A stretch of DNA of 27,354 bases, taken from Promethearchaeia archaeon. GTDB taxonomy: Archaea > Asgardarchaeota > Lokiarchaeia > Sigyniarchaeales > SOKP01. The notes under the pieces were generated by a model, which saw only the letters and a program-made list of their open reading frames with translations, searched no databases and had not been told where the DNA came from. The stretch's first letter is position 1. Each line of letters begins with the position of its first letter. Below, piece by piece: positions 25,506 to 27,354 of this stretch. The DNA lies in the NCBI GenBank assembly GCA_029856145.1, contig JAHQWK010000021.1:1-27354 (forward strand), read 5' to 3'. A program made the translations under genes and the position numbers.

Positions 25506-26441
25506 TTAAGGTTGTTGAGATTTACTCTTTATTCTTTTTATTATCAGGATTGATACAATGGAAAGAATACCAAGTAGTAAGAATAAGTTATATCCTGGAA
25601 TTGCTCCTCCGTTTGGAATTTCTTCTGAAGCGCCTCCATTTAATTCATAATTTTCAGTAGGGGTTATCAATGGATAATAATCTACATAGGTTGGTGTACC
25701 ATCATAAAAGATGTGAGGGGTATCTCCAATTCCATCATTATTATTGTCAAGATATGTGTAACCTCTCCAGTAGTTACCGAGATAACTAGTAAAGCCTTCG
25801 TCATTATAGGTATAATTTATTTCTTTTTCGGAATAGAATCTATATGTTGAATCTTGAAAAAATAAATCCCATGAAGAACCTCTAATATTGTTGAGATAGG
25901 CAAGAATGTTATCACAATTTACTATATTAATCCCAAAAGTATGGGGCATTTTAATTGAATTTCCAATAATGGTAATATTATTACTTATATATAAATAAAA
26001 CCCAAGATAAGAATTGTATAATGTATTATTAATAATATAACCATTACTAACGTTATATAATGTGATACCCGCCTCAGTTAAACTATCTTCGGTATTAGTG
26101 AGACTACAATTTAGTATCATAAAATAATTAGAGGAATTTTCAATCCATATGCAACTCCCCACACCACCTGCATCAATTTCCAAATCCTCTATTAAATAAG
26201 GATTGGTGTAAGTGCCGTTCCCCGTACATATTCCTGCAATCTCTGCATCAGCCCAACCAGAATCACCTACTATATGAATTTTTCCCGATACTTTTGAGAA
26301 TTCCAAATTTACGCTTTCTAAACTATATTTATCGTTGCGTTCCACTGTAAAATTAAAATCACTGGTAATTATAGTTGATAGGAAAAAAATAATTCCTAAA
26401 CTAATTACAATTATTTTTTTTATTTTCTTTTTCGCTTTCAT
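25506..26441 (-). CDS. Cell-surface NosD/CASH-type beta-helix protein with IPGY-TM-basic sorting tail
   Basis: Signal peptide, IHI...W...GICTGNGTYTNPYLIEDLEID, parallel beta-helix repeats (NITIIGNSI), GNYW...DNNNDGIGDTP and VDYYPL. C-terminus AIPGYNLFLLLGILSIVSILIIKRIK. Confidence 0.87.
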   Translation of the reverse strand: MKAKKKIKKIIVISLGIIFFLSTIITSDFNFTVERNDKYSLESVNLEFSKVSGKIHIVGDSGWADAEIAGICTGNGTYTNPYLIEDLEIDAGGVGSCIWIENSSNYFMILNCSLTNTEDSLTEAGITLYNVSNGYIINNTLYNSYLGFYLYISNNITIIGNSIKMPHTFGINIVNCDNILAYLNNIRGSSWDLFFQDSTYRFYSEKEINYTYNDEGFTSYLGNYWRGYTYLDNNNDGIGDTPHIFYDGTPTYVDYYPLITPTENYELNGGASEEIPNGGAIPGYNLFLLLGILSIVSILIIKRIKSKSQQP

Positions 26442-26548
26442 TTTACTCTCTCAAAATGAATTTTTATAAAATCAATATTAATTTTATTTCAACTATTATT
26501 AAAGTGTTTATTAAGCTTTATGGGACAATTTTGGAACATTCTTGATAA

Positions 26549-27106
26549 TTAATAATAAATTCTATCAGTAGTAACTTTTCCTCTCTCTGAAAATTCTATT
26601 CCTTCCATTTCTAATAAGGCACGTTTCATTTTAATACCACCTTGAAATCCCCCAAGATCACCATTTGTTTTAATTGCTCTATGACAAGGAATAATAATAG
26701 GGAATGGATTTCTGGCTAACGCGTTCCCAACTGCTCTTGCCCCATTAGGTATTCCGCTTTTATTTGCAATTCGCTTATAAGTGCTAATCCACCCTCTTGG
26801 AATATCATACTCCACTAAAAGTACCCTCTTTTGAATATCAGAACATCTTGTGAAATCAAGCAGCCCTAAGTCAAATCTTACTATTTCACCTTTTAAAAAT
26901 CGTTGAATTTTATCACCAAGTGAAGTAATTGGCAAAGATGATCCTGACTTGATTTGTGGAAAGGATTTCAAGGCTTTAAATTCGGATGTATGTTCCGGAT
27001 CACTAAGAAATATACGTTGTATTAATAATTCAGAGCCAGTTTCTTTCCATACAATAGTAAATGTATCAAAAACAGAAGAAAAAGTAGCGCAAAATCGATA
27101 TTCCAT
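26549..27106 (-). CDS. ogt: Methylated-DNA-protein-cysteine methyltransferase (O6-alkylguanine alkyltransferase)
   Basis: IPRGWISTYKRIA, ARAVGNALARNP, active site IPCHR, GGF.GG..MKRALLEMEG. The start is ATG 27106 or TTG 27118. Confidence 0.95.
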   Translation of the reverse strand: MEYRFCATFSSVFDTFTIVWKETGSELLIQRIFLSDPEHTSEFKALKSFPQIKSGSSLPITSLGDKIQRFLKGEIVRFDLGLLDFTRCSDIQKRVLLVEYDIPRGWISTYKRIANKSGIPNGARAVGNALARNPFPIIIPCHRAIKTNGDLGGFQGGIKMKRALLEMEGIEFSERGKVTTDRIYY

Positions 27107-27229
27107 GCCTTGTCTCAATAATCAATAAAATATAAAATTTTTCAATAAATTTGGTGAAATTTTTCAATTAAAGACTTCAGAATTCTAATTATTAAAGAAA
27201 TTTACTTCTGGATTTTTGTATATTTACTT

Positions 27230-27306
27230 CGTGAAATCATCGGTACAACCTTGAATTTATTCTTCAATTTCGTGAAACCTTGATTTCACGTTAAACCTTA
27301 TATATA
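27230..27306. promoter_or_regulatory. Operator-like inverted repeats next to a TATA-like box
   Basis: CGTGAAA-N6-TTTCACG at 27271-27290, an additional CGTGAAATCA at 27230-27239, and TTATATATA at 27298-27306. Confidence 0.5.
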
Positions 27307-27354
27307 GTTATGATATTTAGGTTTAAAAAAAGAAATTAAACCATAAAGACAGTT

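Noticed and set aside
25262-25508. Stop-codon readthrough (TAG above the MFS gene; TAA joining the NosD-like gene to the racemase fragment)
   Set aside because: The TAG is immediately preceded by an in-frame TAA. The other stop is TAA following a complete sorting tail, and the downstream fragment is degenerate.
1-27354. rRNA, tRNA, CRISPR array, transposase/integrase or prophage
   Set aside because: No GC-rich structured RNA segments, regularly spaced repeats or mobile-element motifs were seen; intergenic gaps are short and AT-rich.

Overview
AT-rich (roughly 30% GC by eye), gene-dense archaeal chromosomal segment. It is very probably from an Asgard archaeon (Lokiarchaeia/Promethearchaeota). 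This is inferred from IPG(F/Y)-TM-basic C-terminal sorting tails, an Arf-like small GTPase, two longin/uDENN-like domain proteins, GGTGA Shine-Dalgarno sites, and Nre, PAC2 and DUF2070 genes. About 24 real CDS are present, and I saw no rRNA, tRNA, CRISPR or transposase. Main content: (1) a 5'-truncated Nre DNA-repair gene; (2) an acyl-CoA metabolic cluster of amidohydrolase, 5-repeat 10-TM membrane protein, acyl-CoA ligase, Cys-His-His FabH-like condensing enzyme and a convergent alpha/beta hydrolase; (3) a 1104-aa receptor-like protein with a glycosylated ectodomain, one TM and a cytoplasmic longin-like plus wHTH-like tail; (4) a small GTPase translationally coupled to a uDENN/longin-like-winged-helix fusion, with a 7-TM protein upstream, which is the best candidate for an undescribed signalling system; (5) housekeeping and hypothetical genes. 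Reading outside the ORF track shows an aspartate-racemase pseudogene fragment, three genes that appear to need non-canonical start codons (ATA/ATC, CTG, ATT), a MoaD-like protein with no C-terminal GG, and several palindromic operator-like sites. All family calls come from motif recognition by eye; no searches were run.
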